This document shows positions 29,493 through 39,513 of a stretch of DNA of 64,000 nt, piece after piece. Below the pieces are notes generated by a model. That model had not been told where the DNA came from and did no database searches. It saw only the letters and a program-made list of their open reading frames with translations. Position numbers and translations under genes: made by a program. Position 1 is the first letter of the stretch. The number at the start of each line of letters is the position of its first letter. Source of the DNA: Gemmatimonadota bacterium (GTDB lineage Bacteria; Gemmatimonadota; Gemmatimonadetes; Palauibacterales; Palauibacteraceae); contig JAJCZV010000099.1 of the NCBI GenBank assembly GCA_029262175.1, positions 35,561 through 99,560 of the forward strand, given 5' to 3'.

Positions 29493-30338
29493 ATGGCCGC
29501 ACGGCCCATTTCTTCGGCGACGATCTCATTCGGGCTCGTATCGATCCCGATCCAGCTCTACTCATCGAGCGAGACCTCGCAAAAGGTTCGCTTCAATTTC
29601 CTGGGACCCGATGGGACCCGGGTCAAACAGCAATACGTGGACGCGAAGACGGGTGAGCCGGTCGAACGCAAAGAGCTGATCAAGGGCTATCAGTTCGCCA
29701 AGGATCAATACGTCACCTTTACCACCGACGAGCTCAAAGCGCTCGAAGCCGAAGCGACTCAGTCGGTGGATATCGTCGAGTTCGTGCCCATCGATCAGGT
29801 CGAGCGTGCGTACATCGGGAAGACGTATTACTTGGGGCCAGACAAGGGCGGAGCCAAGGCGTACAAGCTCCTCGGCGCAGCGATGGAGCAAACGGGCTGG
29901 GCGGCCCTCGCGAAGTATGCCGCCCGCGGGAAACAGTATCTCGTGCTGGTCCGACCCGTCGGCGACCATCTCGTCATGGAACAGCTCCACTACGCGCACG
30001 AGGTGCGCGCGATGGATCAGGTGCCAGCGGGCGATGGAAATGTCGAGGACGTCGAACTCAAACTCGCGGTTCAGCTGATCGAGCAGATCGCCTCCGAGAA
30101 ATTCGATCCGTCCAAGTACAAAGATGAAGTCGGCGAACGGATGCTGGCGGCGGTCGAGCAAAAGGTTGCCGATGGCGTCGAGATCACCGCGCCGCAGGAA
30201 GAAGAGACGAAGACGCAAGTGATCGACTTGATGGCCGCGCTAAAGGCAAGCGTTTCAAAGTCCGAGACGTCCGGTGCGAAGAAGGCCAAGAAGCCCGCTC
30301 GGGCTTCCAAGTCCAAGCAGAAGAAGGCGGCGGGGTAG
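29493..30338 (+). CDS. ku: Ku protein (NHEJ DNA end-binding)
   Basis: ISFGLVSIPIQLYSS...YVDAKTGEPVERKELIKGY typical of bacterial Ku. Divergent from ligD. Lys-rich C-terminus. Confidence 0.9.
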   Translation: MAARPISSATISFGLVSIPIQLYSSSETSQKVRFNFLGPDGTRVKQQYVDAKTGEPVERKELIKGYQFAKDQYVTFTTDELKALEAEATQSVDIVEFVPIDQVERAYIGKTYYLGPDKGGAKAYKLLGAAMEQTGWAALAKYAARGKQYLVLVRPVGDHLVMEQLHYAHEVRAMDQVPAGDGNVEDVELKLAVQLIEQIASEKFDPSKYKDEVGERMLAAVEQKVADGVEITAPQEEETKTQVIDLMAALKASVSKSETSGAKKAKKPARASKSKQKKAAG

Positions 30339-30377
30339 GCTTCCAGCCACAAGGGTAGGGATGAGGGGGGCGGAGAG

Positions 30378-31181
30378 ATGACCGAGCATACGTATACGGT
30401 TCGAGAGGCGGCCTCGCTTCTCGATCTGACGCCGACGCAAGTGCGCAGTTTCGCTCGCGCCGGTTTGGATCACCCAGCGATCGCGGGGACGGACGAAGCA
30501 CGCTTCAACTTTCGTGACTTGGTCGTTCTCCGGATGGCGGCCGCGCTAAAGAAAGCCGACGTGCCGAGTCGAGCCATCTCGCGAGCACTCGCGCAACTGC
30601 GATCCTCCGACGTCGGCCAGGTCGCTGGACTCACCCTCGAGGCGCTTGGCCCCCACGTCGTGGTGAGAGACGGAAAAGAAGTTTGGCGAGCCGACTCGGG
30701 CCAGTTTCAGTTCGAGTTGTCTGAGCCTCGGGCCGCCGAAGCACTGATGCAGCCGATCGAGATGACCGCGGCAGACGCAGGCGACTTCGACACGTGTTTC
30801 TCGCGCGCCCTGTCCTTGGAGAACGAAGACGCCGCCGCCGCGATCGAGTGGTATCAACGAGCGATCGATTTGGAGCCGGCGCGCTGGGAGGCGCATACGG
30901 GTCTCGGTTTTCTTCTACAGCAGGAAGGCGACGCGGCTCGAGCCGTGGAGAGCTACCAACGGGCGCTGGCCATCGATGCGGACGCGACGGTCGAGTTTAA
31001 TCTCGGCGTGGCGCTCGACGATCTCGGACGCAGCGACGAGTCGGTGTTGGCGTATCAGCGCGCCCTGGCGCTCGACCCCACGATCGCCGATGCCCACTTC
31101 AATCTGTCCGGGCTGTTCGAAAAGCGCGGAGATCGACCGGCTGCCCTACGGCACATGATCGCCTACCGGGAGCTCAATTAG
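30378..31181 (+). CDS. MerR-type HTH domain protein fused to tetratricopeptide (TPR) repeats
   Basis: N-terminal YTVREAASLLDLTPTQVRSF (MerR HTH). C-terminal 3-4 TPR units (AIEWYQRAIDLEP, AVESYQRALAID, VLAYQRALALDP). Confidence 0.6.
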   Translation: MTEHTYTVREAASLLDLTPTQVRSFARAGLDHPAIAGTDEARFNFRDLVVLRMAAALKKADVPSRAISRALAQLRSSDVGQVAGLTLEALGPHVVVRDGKEVWRADSGQFQFELSEPRAAEALMQPIEMTAADAGDFDTCFSRALSLENEDAAAAIEWYQRAIDLEPARWEAHTGLGFLLQQEGDAARAVESYQRALAIDADATVEFNLGVALDDLGRSDESVLAYQRALALDPTIADAHFNLSGLFEKRGDRPAALRHMIAYRELN

Positions 31182-31247
31182 TCAAAAAAAACTCGGCCCC
31201 CCTGGGAGCGCCGAGCTTTCTTTGTCCGTCGCTTTCTTTGTCCGTCG
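31182..31247. terminator. Bidirectional rho-independent terminator (A8-hairpin-T-rich) followed by a 16-nt tandem duplication
   Basis: aaaaaaaa-CTCGGC-(11 nt)-GCCGAG-ctttctttg sits between convergent genes. ctttctttgtccgtcg repeats exactly twice at 31216-31247. Confidence 0.55.
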
Positions 31248-31274
31248 CGCCCTAGAGGGCGAGCGGTGAGTCGG

Positions 31275-31973
31275 CTAGCGGCTACCGCCGATTCGATTGA
31301 TCGCTCCGCCAAAGGTCGGGCGACCCAATCCGGTGAGCCCCCCATTCGGCGCGTCGCAATCAACCCCACCGCCGATCACGGAAACGCCGATCCCGCCGAA
31401 TCCTCCGAACCCGTTTCCGCCCCGATCGCGCTCGCGGTCACGCGCGGCGTCGCTCGAGGCGACGAAGTCGAACCCGGTGCTACCCGCTGCGCCGCCGCCG
31501 CTCTCGCGACGGACGATGCCGCGGTTGGCGCGCCGAGGGGCTACCGCGACGACTACCGGCGCGGCGCTCTCGGCTTCTACGATCGAGAGGTCGAGCGCGG
31601 GCTCGCCCTGCGCGGCTCCGGGATCACCCACGAGATCGATCAAGGCGGCCACGGTCGTTTCGACCCCAGCGGCCCCTGGCTCTGCGATCTCGACTCGTGC
31701 CGATGTCGCCGACGTGGTCTGCGTTCCGGCTCCCTCTGACGTCTCCGCCACTTCTACCGCGGTGGCCGTCTCGAGGGCGATCACCTGAGTTGCACGATCT
31801 TCCCAGCGGTCACTCAACTCGACCACTTCGAGCGCGCGGCTCCGCTCCGCCTCCGCGAACGTGGGGACGTCGAGTTTTAGCGTGGCAAGGGCTGCGGCGT
31901 GGACGGCGGCCGAAACTCCCAGTGCGATAAAGACTCGTTTGCGATCCGCTTGGCGGTGTTTTTCCCGGTTCAT
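31275..31973 (-). CDS. Hypothetical membrane-anchored protein with Ala/Glu-rich region and Gly-rich C-terminus
   Basis: N-terminal hydrophobic segment VFIALGVSAAVHAAALATL. C-terminal GGNGFGGFGGIGVSVIGGG. Plausible RBS. Competing plus-strand ORFs overlap it, so coding strand is not certain. Confidence 0.4.
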   Translation of the reverse strand: MNREKHRQADRKRVFIALGVSAAVHAAALATLKLDVPTFAEAERSRALEVVELSDRWEDRATQVIALETATAVEVAETSEGAGTQTTSATSARVEIAEPGAAGVETTVAALIDLVGDPGAAQGEPALDLSIVEAESAAPVVVAVAPRRANRGIVRRESGGGAAGSTGFDFVASSDAARDRERDRGGNGFGGFGGIGVSVIGGGVDCDAPNGGLTGLGRPTFGGAINRIGGSR

Positions 31974-32299
31974 CCCGACCTCGTAGCTGCTGCTTCACGA
32001 CTCTGCGAAGGCCCGAGCGGCCCTCCGTAGACCTTTCCAGCCTACGCTCACTATATGACTTCACCCCTGACGGGGGTATAACGCGTGTGGGGGCGATGGA
32101 GATCCCGCCCCTCCGAATTCGACCGGAGAAGCCCGCCGTTCGCCGGCGACCCACGTGGCCTCACTCCTCTCGGAGTTGCCTCATGCCTATGGGGAGACGG
32201 AGCTTGGCGTCGAAGGGTCACACGGGTCGCGCGCCGGCCTCGATCCGTTGAGTGGGTCGACGCGTTCGATGCGTCCGCTGTTCGAAAGGAAAAGGCCTC

Positions 32300-32746
32300 A
32301 GATTGTCCAAATCGAGCCGAAACAGCCCGCCAACCCCTGCTGGCTACTCTGGCACCCCACTGGTTCGAAAACTCGGGATCAAAGAGGGGCATCGGCTCTG
32401 GCTCGACGGCATTCCCGACCACTACTGGGAGCTGCTGGGCCCACTTCCGGACGGGGTCGACTCGGTCGGGGCCGATGGCGAGGCCGTCGACTTCGCGCAC
32501 GTGTTCGCCACGACGATCGGGGATTTGGAGCGCGCGCTGGCCGAGGCCAAGTCACGGATTGCACCCAACGGGATGGTGTGGGCGTCCTGGCCGAAGAAGG
32601 CCTCCGGCGTCGAGACGGAATTGGACGGGAACGTCGTGAGACGGCTGGGCCTGGATTGCGGACTGGTCGACGTAAAGGTGTGCGCGGTCGACGCGATCTG
32701 GTCGGGACTCAAGTTCGTCTACCGCGTGGCCGACCGCGGAGCCTGA
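32300..32746 (+). CDS. DUF3052-like hypothetical protein
   Basis: AGYSGTPLVRKLGIKEGHRLWLDG block resembles the DUF3052 N-terminus. Start placed at a TTG preceded by ggaaaagg. The ORF track offers GTG at 32252, so the start is uncertain. Confidence 0.45.
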   Translation, partial: RLSKSSRNSPPTPAGYSGTPLVRKLGIKEGHRLWLDGIPDHYWELLGPLPDGVDSVGADGEAVDFAHVFATTIGDLERALAEAKSRIAPNGMVWASWPKKASGVETELDGNVVRRLGLDCGLVDVKVCAVDAIWSGLKFVYRVADRGA

Positions 32747-32945
32747 TCGTGTTCTGCCCTGCTTCTCGCTTCATCGGCGTCACGAAAACACATCGACTAG
32801 CAAGATGTAATATGTTATTGCACAAGAGATTACAAATGTTGGTCCAGGACCGTGATCTGCGGCAAGGACGTTGCGACCCAGGAACGGTTTGATGTCCGGT
32901 TGATCCGGGGGCGGAAGTCGTGGTCGAGCAAGGATGCGGGGTGGG

Positions 32946-34232
32946 ATGACGCGGAAACCGATGGGGACGACAGCGGAAGGCGTGCTCGCGATCGCGGTGA
33001 GGGTCGCCACGATCGCGGCGCCGATCGCGTTCGGGCTCCTCATGTTTCGGTCTGGATTCTCCTCCGATTCGCCCGAGGAGGCGTCGATCGGCTACCGCAG
33101 GGCGGAACGGCCGAGCCGTGAACTGTCGGTTCGAGCCGGCGAGGGGATCGAGGGGCTACTTGCACGGGGGGCCGTGGGCGGGCGCGAAGTGGCGCGTTTG
33201 CGCGATCTCTCCAGGCCCTATCTCGACGCCGGTCGGCTCGATCCCATCGCGCGGGCTCGCTTCTACGGCTGGCCTGGCGAGGCTCCCGAGAGGATCGATC
33301 TCACGGTCGATCGCGACCGGACCCTGGTGTTTACGATCTCCGGCGCGGTATGGAACGTCGCGGTAGAGAGCGTCACGGTGCATCTCGATACGGCGGTCGT
33401 GACGGGGCGGGTGCAAGAGAGTCTGTGGGCGGCGCATTTGGCTGGAGACGTCGCCCGGCTCACCGTCGAGGGGAAGAGCGCCCTGGTGGGCCATCTGGCC
33501 GACGTCTTCGCGTGGCAAGTGGACTTCTATCGGGATGTCCGGCCCGGCGATGCGTTCCGACTCGCGATCGAGCGGGAGTTGCGACCGGACGGGACCGTAC
33601 GCGGAGAGCGGGTCTTGGCTGCAGAGTGGCGGAGTGCCACGCAGACGCTGGAGGCCTTTCGGTTCTCTTCGTCGGAGGATGTTGCACCGCTGTTTTACGA
33701 TGCCGAGGGATCGGCGCTCAAGGGGCCCTTCCTCAAGGCCCCGCTCGATCTCGTTCGGGTGACGAGCCGGTTTTCAAGCGACCGGTATCATCCTGTGCTC
33801 GGCCGCGCCCGGGCGCACAACGGCACGGACTACGGGGCCGCGTCGGGAACCTCGGTCCGGGCGACCGGAGACGGAACGATTCGCCGCGCCGGTTGGGCGG
33901 GCGACTACGGCCTGTTGATCGAATTAGATCACCCCGGCGGAATCCGCACGCGATACGCACATCTGAGCGGAGTGGCTGACCGGCTCGTGCCCGGCGCGCA
34001 GGTCTCCCAGGGGGACCGGATCGGAACGGTCGGTGCCACCGGATTGGCCACCGGGCCGCATCTGCACTACGAGTTTCTGGTCCACGGTCGCCCCGTCGAT
34101 CCTTCGTCCGTCGATCTACCCGTCGAACGACCGCTGCCCGTGGAAGACTTCGAGCGCTTCAGGCGACATCGGGTGCAAGCGGGCGCCCTCCTTCGGCAGT
34201 CTCGGCTCCCTTCGGTGCGCGCGGGCGGGTAG
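32946..34232 (+). CDS. M23 family metallopeptidase (LytM-like), membrane-anchored
   Basis: HNGTDYGAASGTSVRATGDG...GLLIELDHPGGIRTRYAHL...GATGLATGPHLHYE (HxxxD and HxH motifs). N-terminal TM segment. Confidence 0.8.
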   Translation: MTRKPMGTTAEGVLAIAVRVATIAAPIAFGLLMFRSGFSSDSPEEASIGYRRAERPSRELSVRAGEGIEGLLARGAVGGREVARLRDLSRPYLDAGRLDPIARARFYGWPGEAPERIDLTVDRDRTLVFTISGAVWNVAVESVTVHLDTAVVTGRVQESLWAAHLAGDVARLTVEGKSALVGHLADVFAWQVDFYRDVRPGDAFRLAIERELRPDGTVRGERVLAAEWRSATQTLEAFRFSSSEDVAPLFYDAEGSALKGPFLKAPLDLVRVTSRFSSDRYHPVLGRARAHNGTDYGAASGTSVRATGDGTIRRAGWAGDYGLLIELDHPGGIRTRYAHLSGVADRLVPGAQVSQGDRIGTVGATGLATGPHLHYEFLVHGRPVDPSSVDLPVERPLPVEDFERFRRHRVQAGALLRQSRLPSVRAGG

Positions 34233-34302
34233 CCCCACGTCCTGACAGCCGCTGATGCGCGCGCTAGGTTCGGGGATCCAGAACTTCTCCCCGGAGGGTT
34301 TC

Positions 34303-36783
34303 ATGCGGTTTCGAGCGCTCGCGCTTGTCGCGCTTTTGATCACGGTCCCGGTTTGGCTCGGCTTTAGCTCTCAGCCTCCCACCTCCGCGCTCGGATCAGC
34401 GCTCCCACCCACGGAGACGACCGAACTTCGCGTCGAGGGACTCGAGGCCAACGTCGAGATCCTCAAGGATCTTTGGGGCATCTCGCACATTTACGCCGAG
34501 ACCGAACACGATCTGTTTTTCGCGCAGGGGTACAGCGCCGCGCGCGATCGGTTGTTTCAGTTCGAGATCTGGCGACGACAGGCCACGGGGACCGTCGCGG
34601 AGATTCTAGGCGAGCGTGAGATCGAGCGTGATCGAGGCGCGCGTCTGTTCAAATTTCGAGGTGATTTGGAAGCGGAACTCAACTATTATCACCCGCGCGG
34701 CGGGGACATCATCCGCGCGTTCGTGGCCGGGATCAACGCCTACGTCGGTGAGACGGAAAAGGACCCGGACCTCCTCCCGATCGAATTCGAACTTCTGGGG
34801 ATCACGCCGGGCCATTGGACCCCTGAGGTCGTGATCTCGCGTCACCAAGGGTTGCTCGGAAACATCGGACAGGAGCTGAATCTCGGGATCGCCGTGGCGG
34901 CCGTGGGTTCGGAAAAGGTCAAGGAGATCGAGTACTTCCACCCCGGCGAGCCGGACATCGATCTCGATCCCGACGTGGACGGCGCGCTGCTCAAGAGCGA
35001 GATCCTCGATGTGTATCGTGCCTTCCGAGGCCCGATCCGCTTTCGCCCCCAGGATGTGGCGGCGGAGTACCGGGCGACGACCAGCCAAGGCGGGGGATCG
35101 GCTCATGCGGACGACGTGCCCGACTATCCCGGCGTAAATACCGCCTTCGGCGCGCTGGAACGATCGGCGCTGGGGAGCAATAACTGGGTCGTCTCCGGCG
35201 AGCGTACGTTGAGTGGTCACCCCATCATGGCGAACGACCCCCACCGAGTTCAGGCCGCCCCGTCGCTGCGATACGCCGTTCACCTCGTGGGACCGGGTTG
35301 GGATGTCATCGGCGGTGGCGAACCGGTCCTACCAGGGATCTCGATCGGCCACAATCAACACGGGGCCTGGGGGCTGACGGTCTTCGCGACCGATGCCGAG
35401 GATCTGTACGTGTACGAGACCGATCCCAATGACTCCAACCGATACCGCTACCAGGGCGCGTGGGAGTCGATGCGCGTCATCGAAGATGCCATCGGCGTCA
35501 AAGACGCGGGCGACGCCAAGGTTCAACACAAGTACACGCGGCATGGCCCGGTGGTCTATGAAGACGCCGAGAACCACGTGGCCTACGCGGTGCGGGCCGG
35601 CTGGTTGGAGTTTGGAGGAGCGCCCTATCTCGCCAGTCTCCGCATGGATCAGGCGACCACGTGGGAGGAATTCCGAGAGGCGTGCAACTACAGCAACATC
35701 CCGGGCGAAAACATGGTGTGGGCCGATAAAGAGGGGAATATCGGCTGGCAGGCCGTCGGGATCGCCCCGATCCGGCGCAACTGGACGGGTCTCGTGCCCG
35801 TGCCGGGAGACGGGCGCTACGAATGGGACGGATACCTCGAGATCAAGCACAAGCCGCATGTATTCAACCCGGCTCAAGGGTTCTTCGCCACGGCGAACTC
35901 GAACCTGATCCCGCCGGGCTACGAACACCGCGACGCGGTCGGCTGGAGTTGGAGCGATCCCTTCCGATTCGCACGGTTGGGCGAAGTGTTGAGCTCGGGC
36001 CGTCGCTTCACGGTCTCGGAGATGATGCAGCTCGCGACCGATTACGTCTCCCTCCCGGCCCGCTCGCTGATCCCGATGCTCAAGGGACTCGACCTCGGCG
36101 ATCCGGAGACCAACGCCATTCGAGACGAGCTGGTCGATTGGAATCGCGAGCTGACGCCCGGGTCGCGGCAAGCGGCGATCTATGTGGCCTGGGAACGGGC
36201 GATCCAAGCGTCGATCGTGCCCCTCGTCGTGCCGGCGCAAGTGCGATCCGAATTCCGCTCGGTCTCGATGAAGAAGACCATCGACTGGTTGGGTGCGCCG
36301 CCCCCCTGGCTGGCCTCGCTGGGCGACGGGGACCCGGTCGCCGGTCGAGATGAGTTCCTCCGTCGAACCTTTGGCGAGGCGCTCGACGGGCTGGCCGAGC
36401 GGTTCGGAACCCGGCCGTGGCGGTATGGGGGCGAGGAATACAAACACGTGCGCCTCCGGCATCCGCTTTCGGGCGCGGTCGATGCGGCGATGAAAGACCG
36501 GCTCGAAGTGGGACCCCACGAACGGGGCGGGAACGGTTTTACGGTCAATCAGACCGGGTTCGGGGACAACCAGACTTCCGGCGCTTCCTTCCGCATTATT
36601 ACCGAAGCCGGGGATTGGGACACGGCGGTATTTACGAACACGCCCGGCCAATCCGGCGACCCGGATCATCCGATGTACAGAAATCTCTTTGATGGCTGGG
36701 CCAAGGACCGATTCTTCCCGCTCTATTACACGCGCAGTGCCGTGGAGGCAGTGGTGGCGGACCGGGTGGTGCTGTCCCCTTGA
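34303..36783 (+). CDS. Penicillin acylase family (Ntn-hydrolase, S45) protein, secreted
   Basis: Signal peptide. SNNWVVSGERTLSGHPIMANDPH nucleophile region typical of penicillin/cephalosporin acylases. About 826 aa. Confidence 0.85.
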   Translation: MRFRALALVALLITVPVWLGFSSQPPTSALGSALPPTETTELRVEGLEANVEILKDLWGISHIYAETEHDLFFAQGYSAARDRLFQFEIWRRQATGTVAEILGEREIERDRGARLFKFRGDLEAELNYYHPRGGDIIRAFVAGINAYVGETEKDPDLLPIEFELLGITPGHWTPEVVISRHQGLLGNIGQELNLGIAVAAVGSEKVKEIEYFHPGEPDIDLDPDVDGALLKSEILDVYRAFRGPIRFRPQDVAAEYRATTSQGGGSAHADDVPDYPGVNTAFGALERSALGSNNWVVSGERTLSGHPIMANDPHRVQAAPSLRYAVHLVGPGWDVIGGGEPVLPGISIGHNQHGAWGLTVFATDAEDLYVYETDPNDSNRYRYQGAWESMRVIEDAIGVKDAGDAKVQHKYTRHGPVVYEDAENHVAYAVRAGWLEFGGAPYLASLRMDQATTWEEFREACNYSNIPGENMVWADKEGNIGWQAVGIAPIRRNWTGLVPVPGDGRYEWDGYLEIKHKPHVFNPAQGFFATANSNLIPPGYEHRDAVGWSWSDPFRFARLGEVLSSGRRFTVSEMMQLATDYVSLPARSLIPMLKGLDLGDPETNAIRDELVDWNRELTPGSRQAAIYVAWERAIQASIVPLVVPAQVRSEFRSVSMKKTIDWLGAPPPWLASLGDGDPVAGRDEFLRRTFGEALDGLAERFGTRPWRYGGEEYKHVRLRHPLSGAVDAAMKDRLEVGPHERGGNGFTVNQTGFGDNQTSGASFRIITEAGDWDTAVFTNTPGQSGDPDHPMYRNLFDGWAKDRFFPLYYTRSAVEAVVADRVVLSP

Positions 36784-36928
36784 GCGGTGAGTTCCTCGGG
36801 CAGGGGGCGGGGGTGCAGTTCGTTGGCGCGGAACCAAGTTGGCGCCTATCTTGTTCTGCTGCACTTGAACCAGTCGCGTCCGCACCATCCGCGAAGAAGA
36901 GCGACGACGAGAGCACGGGATACAAGAG

Positions 36929-37327
36929 ATGAAATCGGGAATCCATCCGGAATATGCGGCCGCAAAGATCACCTGCGCCTGCGGTCGAAAGACCGAGACC
37001 TATACGACCGTCGGCGAAATCCACGTCGAAATCTGTTCTCACTGCCACCCGTTCTTTACCGGCAAGCAGAAGTTGGTTGACACGGCCGGTCGTGTAGAGC
37101 GCTTCAAGGCGAAGTACGGCGGCGGGTCTGCCGAGGCCAAGCCAAAGGCCGAAGCCAAGCCCGAGCCCGAAGCCGAGCCCAAGGCCAAAGCCGAGCCCAA
37201 GGCCAAAGCCGATGCCAAGCCCAAGGCCGAAGCCAAAGGCGAGAAGGTTGCGGAGCCGAAGACGGCCGAGGTCGAGGCTGCCGATGCGGCGCCGGCCAAC
37301 GAGGAGCCCGCCGCGGCCGAGTCCTAG
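36929..37327 (+). CDS. rpmE: 50S ribosomal protein L31 with a roughly 60-aa (A/E)KP-repeat C-terminal extension
   Basis: MKSGIHPEY...CxC...[13 protein letters not shown] zinc-ribbon L31 core (about 70 aa), then [37 protein letters not shown].... Confidence 0.85.
   Translation: MKSGIHPEYAAAKITCACGRKTETYTTVGEIHVEICSHCHPFFTGKQKLVDTAGRVERFKAKYGGGSAEAKPKAEAKPEPEAEPKAKAEPKAKADAKPKAEAKGEKVAEPKTAEVEAADAAPANEEPAAAES
37130..37260 (+). repeat. Imperfect 12-15-nt tandem coding repeats (gccaaggccgaagccaagccc-like) encoding the AKP/AEP repeats of the L31 tail
   Basis: Visible periodic gccaa(a/g)gcc...gagccc units. Confidence 0.6.
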
Positions 37328-37363
37328 CCTTGCCGGCGTCACCGATCCCGAACGTCGAGTTCG

Positions 37364-38461
37364 ATGGGTGACGTAGACCCGTTCATCGCTCGCCTTCACA
37401 AAGCCATCGCCAGACACGAAGAGTTGTCGGAACAGATGGCTACGCCTGAAGTGCTTGGAGACATCAATCGGCTTCGAGTGCTCGCGCAGGAACACTCGGG
37501 ACTCGAAGCTCTAGTGAGCGCGGCCCGTGCCCACCTCAAGGCGGTGGAAGAGTTGTCGGAGGCGCGCGAACTCGTTGACGAATCGGGGGCAGATCCGGAG
37601 ATCGTCGAGTTGGCGCAGGCCGAGATCTCCGAGATAGAGGGCGGTCAGGAGGCGGCGATCGAAGCACTCCGTCACCTGCTGGTCCCCAAAGATCCGTTGG
37701 ACGATCGTCCTGCCGTCATCGAGATCCGCGCCGGTACGGGCGGCGACGAGGCGGCGCTGTTCGCGGCGGATCTCTACCGCATGTACTCACGCTTCGCAGC
37801 GGTATCGGGTTGGAAGATCGAACTCATCGGCTCGAGCGACGCCGCACATGGTGGGGGGCTGAAGGAAATCTCCTTCATCGTGCGTGGTAAAGAGGCCTAC
37901 GGCAGGCTCCGTTATGAATCGGGCGTCCACCGAGTCCAACGTGTGCCCGAGACCGAGAGCCAGGGGCGTATCCACACCTCCGCGGCGACGGTCGCAGTGC
38001 TCCCGGAGGCCGAGGAAGTGGACGTGGAGATCGACCCCAGCGACCTCAAGATCGACGTGTTTCGCTCTTCGGGACCGGGCGGTCAATCCGTGAATACCAC
38101 CGATTCGGCGGTTCGGATCACACACTTGCCGTCGGGTCTTGTCGTGTCTTGTCAGGATGAGAAATCCCAGCTCAAGAACAAGAACAAGGCGCTCAAAGTG
38201 CTGCGGAGTCGGCTGCTCGATCATGAGGTTGCCGAGCGCGAGGCAGAGCGGGCCAAGGAACGGCGCATGCAGGTGGGGACGGGAGATCGGTCTGCAAAGA
38301 TCCGGACGTACAATTTCCCTCAGAATCGGATCACCGACCATCGCATCGGACTGACCACCCACCGGCTCGAAGCCATCTTGAACGGAGACTTGGACGAGGT
38401 CGTGGAGGCGCTCCGATTGGCGGGGATGCAGGAGCGAATGGTGGCGGGCACCGACGAGTGA
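37364..38461 (+). CDS. prfA: Peptide chain release factor 1
   Basis: [20 protein letters not shown] (GGQ motif). RF1-type tripeptide region [17 protein letters not shown]. 365 aa. Confidence 0.9.
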   Translation: MGDVDPFIARLHKAIARHEELSEQMATPEVLGDINRLRVLAQEHSGLEALVSAARAHLKAVEELSEARELVDESGADPEIVELAQAEISEIEGGQEAAIEALRHLLVPKDPLDDRPAVIEIRAGTGGDEAALFAADLYRMYSRFAAVSGWKIELIGSSDAAHGGGLKEISFIVRGKEAYGRLRYESGVHRVQRVPETESQGRIHTSAATVAVLPEAEEVDVEIDPSDLKIDVFRSSGPGGQSVNTTDSAVRITHLPSGLVVSCQDEKSQLKNKNKALKVLRSRLLDHEVAEREAERAKERRMQVGTGDRSAKIRTYNFPQNRITDHRIGLTTHRLEAILNGDLDEVVEALRLAGMQERMVAGTDE

Positions 38462-39369
38462 CAGAACTCGGTCGGCGCCCCGCGGGTCCCACCCGCCGGG
38501 AACTCGTCGAAGGGATCGAACGCGAGCTCACCCTGGCGGGGCTGGAGTCGGCCGCGGTCGAGGCCCGTCGATTGGTGGCGGCGGCGCTCGGACTCGAGCC
38601 GGCCGACGTGGTGGGTGAGGGGGCGATCCGAGTCGAGCCGAGTGAGGCCGTCCGAGTCGCACGCGCCGTCGGGCGCCGGCTGCAGGGTGAGCCGCTTCAA
38701 CACATCGAGGGGACCGTCGACTTTCGCTCGCTTCGCCTCGTCTCTGATGGTCGCGCGCTGATCCCTCGTCCTGAAACGGAGCAACTGGTAGACGTCGTCG
38801 CCCGCTGGGTGAAGGGTCGCGACCGATCGGTCGAGCGGGCCCTCGACATCGGGACAGGATCGGGTGTCTTGGGGCTATCGCTTCTCGAGGAGTGCTTGGC
38901 CGCCCACGTCGTTGCGCTCGATGTGTCGGCGGAAGCCCGAGAACTCGCCGCTCATAATGCCGCTCACCAAGCGGCCGAAGCCTTCGAGATCAGACCGTGC
39001 CCACCCGAGATATGGCCCGCGATCAAGCCCGACGAGACCTTCCAACTCGTGGTGTCGAATCCGCCATACGTAACGAGCGCGGAATGGGCCGGCTTGGAAC
39101 CCGTCGTGCGCGACTACGAGCCCCGGATCGCGCTCGACGGCGGCGAAGATGGTCTTGACGTCATTCGGGCCATCGTCAACGGCGTTGGCTCGGTCTTGAG
39201 TCCGGGGGGCGCCGTGTTTCTCGAAATCGGGGCAAATCAAGGTCCCGAGGTCCTGCGCTTGCTCCGCGCCGAGCCTCGTCTCGTCAACGCGCGTATCGAG
39301 CGCGATCTTGCCGGGCGCGACCGTTTTGCCGTGGCTGAAAAACCCCTCTCGGGGGGTGCGTCCGGCTGA
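38458..39369 (+). CDS. prmC: Release factor glutamine N5-methyltransferase PrmC/HemK
   Basis: VVSNPPYV (NPPY motif). SAM-binding [16 protein letters not shown] overlap with prfA. Confidence 0.85.
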   Translation: MTELGRRPAGPTRRELVEGIERELTLAGLESAAVEARRLVAAALGLEPADVVGEGAIRVEPSEAVRVARAVGRRLQGEPLQHIEGTVDFRSLRLVSDGRALIPRPETEQLVDVVARWVKGRDRSVERALDIGTGSGVLGLSLLEECLAAHVVALDVSAEARELAAHNAAHQAAEAFEIRPCPPEIWPAIKPDETFQLVVSNPPYVTSAEWAGLEPVVRDYEPRIALDGGEDGLDVIRAIVNGVGSVLSPGGAVFLEIGANQGPEVLRLLRAEPRLVNARIERDLAGRDRFAVAEKPLSGGASG

Positions 39370-39513
39370 GTCGCGCCCTCCCGCAACGCAGGTTATTATC
39401 GAGCGTTGGAGGATACCCGCTGTGGCAGACTTGGTCGCCTCCCTTGCTTCATTCCGCCGCCTGCCACGCCCCGCGTAGGCATGAACTTCCGTACCTAACT
39501 CTGACGGGACGAT

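Noticed and set aside
31266-31788. Plus-strand ORFs (157 and 163 aa) overlapping the minus-strand Gly-rich protein gene
   Set aside because: No start context or motifs. The minus-strand ORF has an RBS, an N-terminal hydrophobic anchor, and ends at the shared bidirectional terminator. Strand assignment nevertheless remains moderate-confidence.
37364-38461. Possible programmed +1 frameshift as in prfB
   Set aside because: The gene is RF1-type (prfA), uninterrupted, with no internal SD-CUU-UGA frameshift site.
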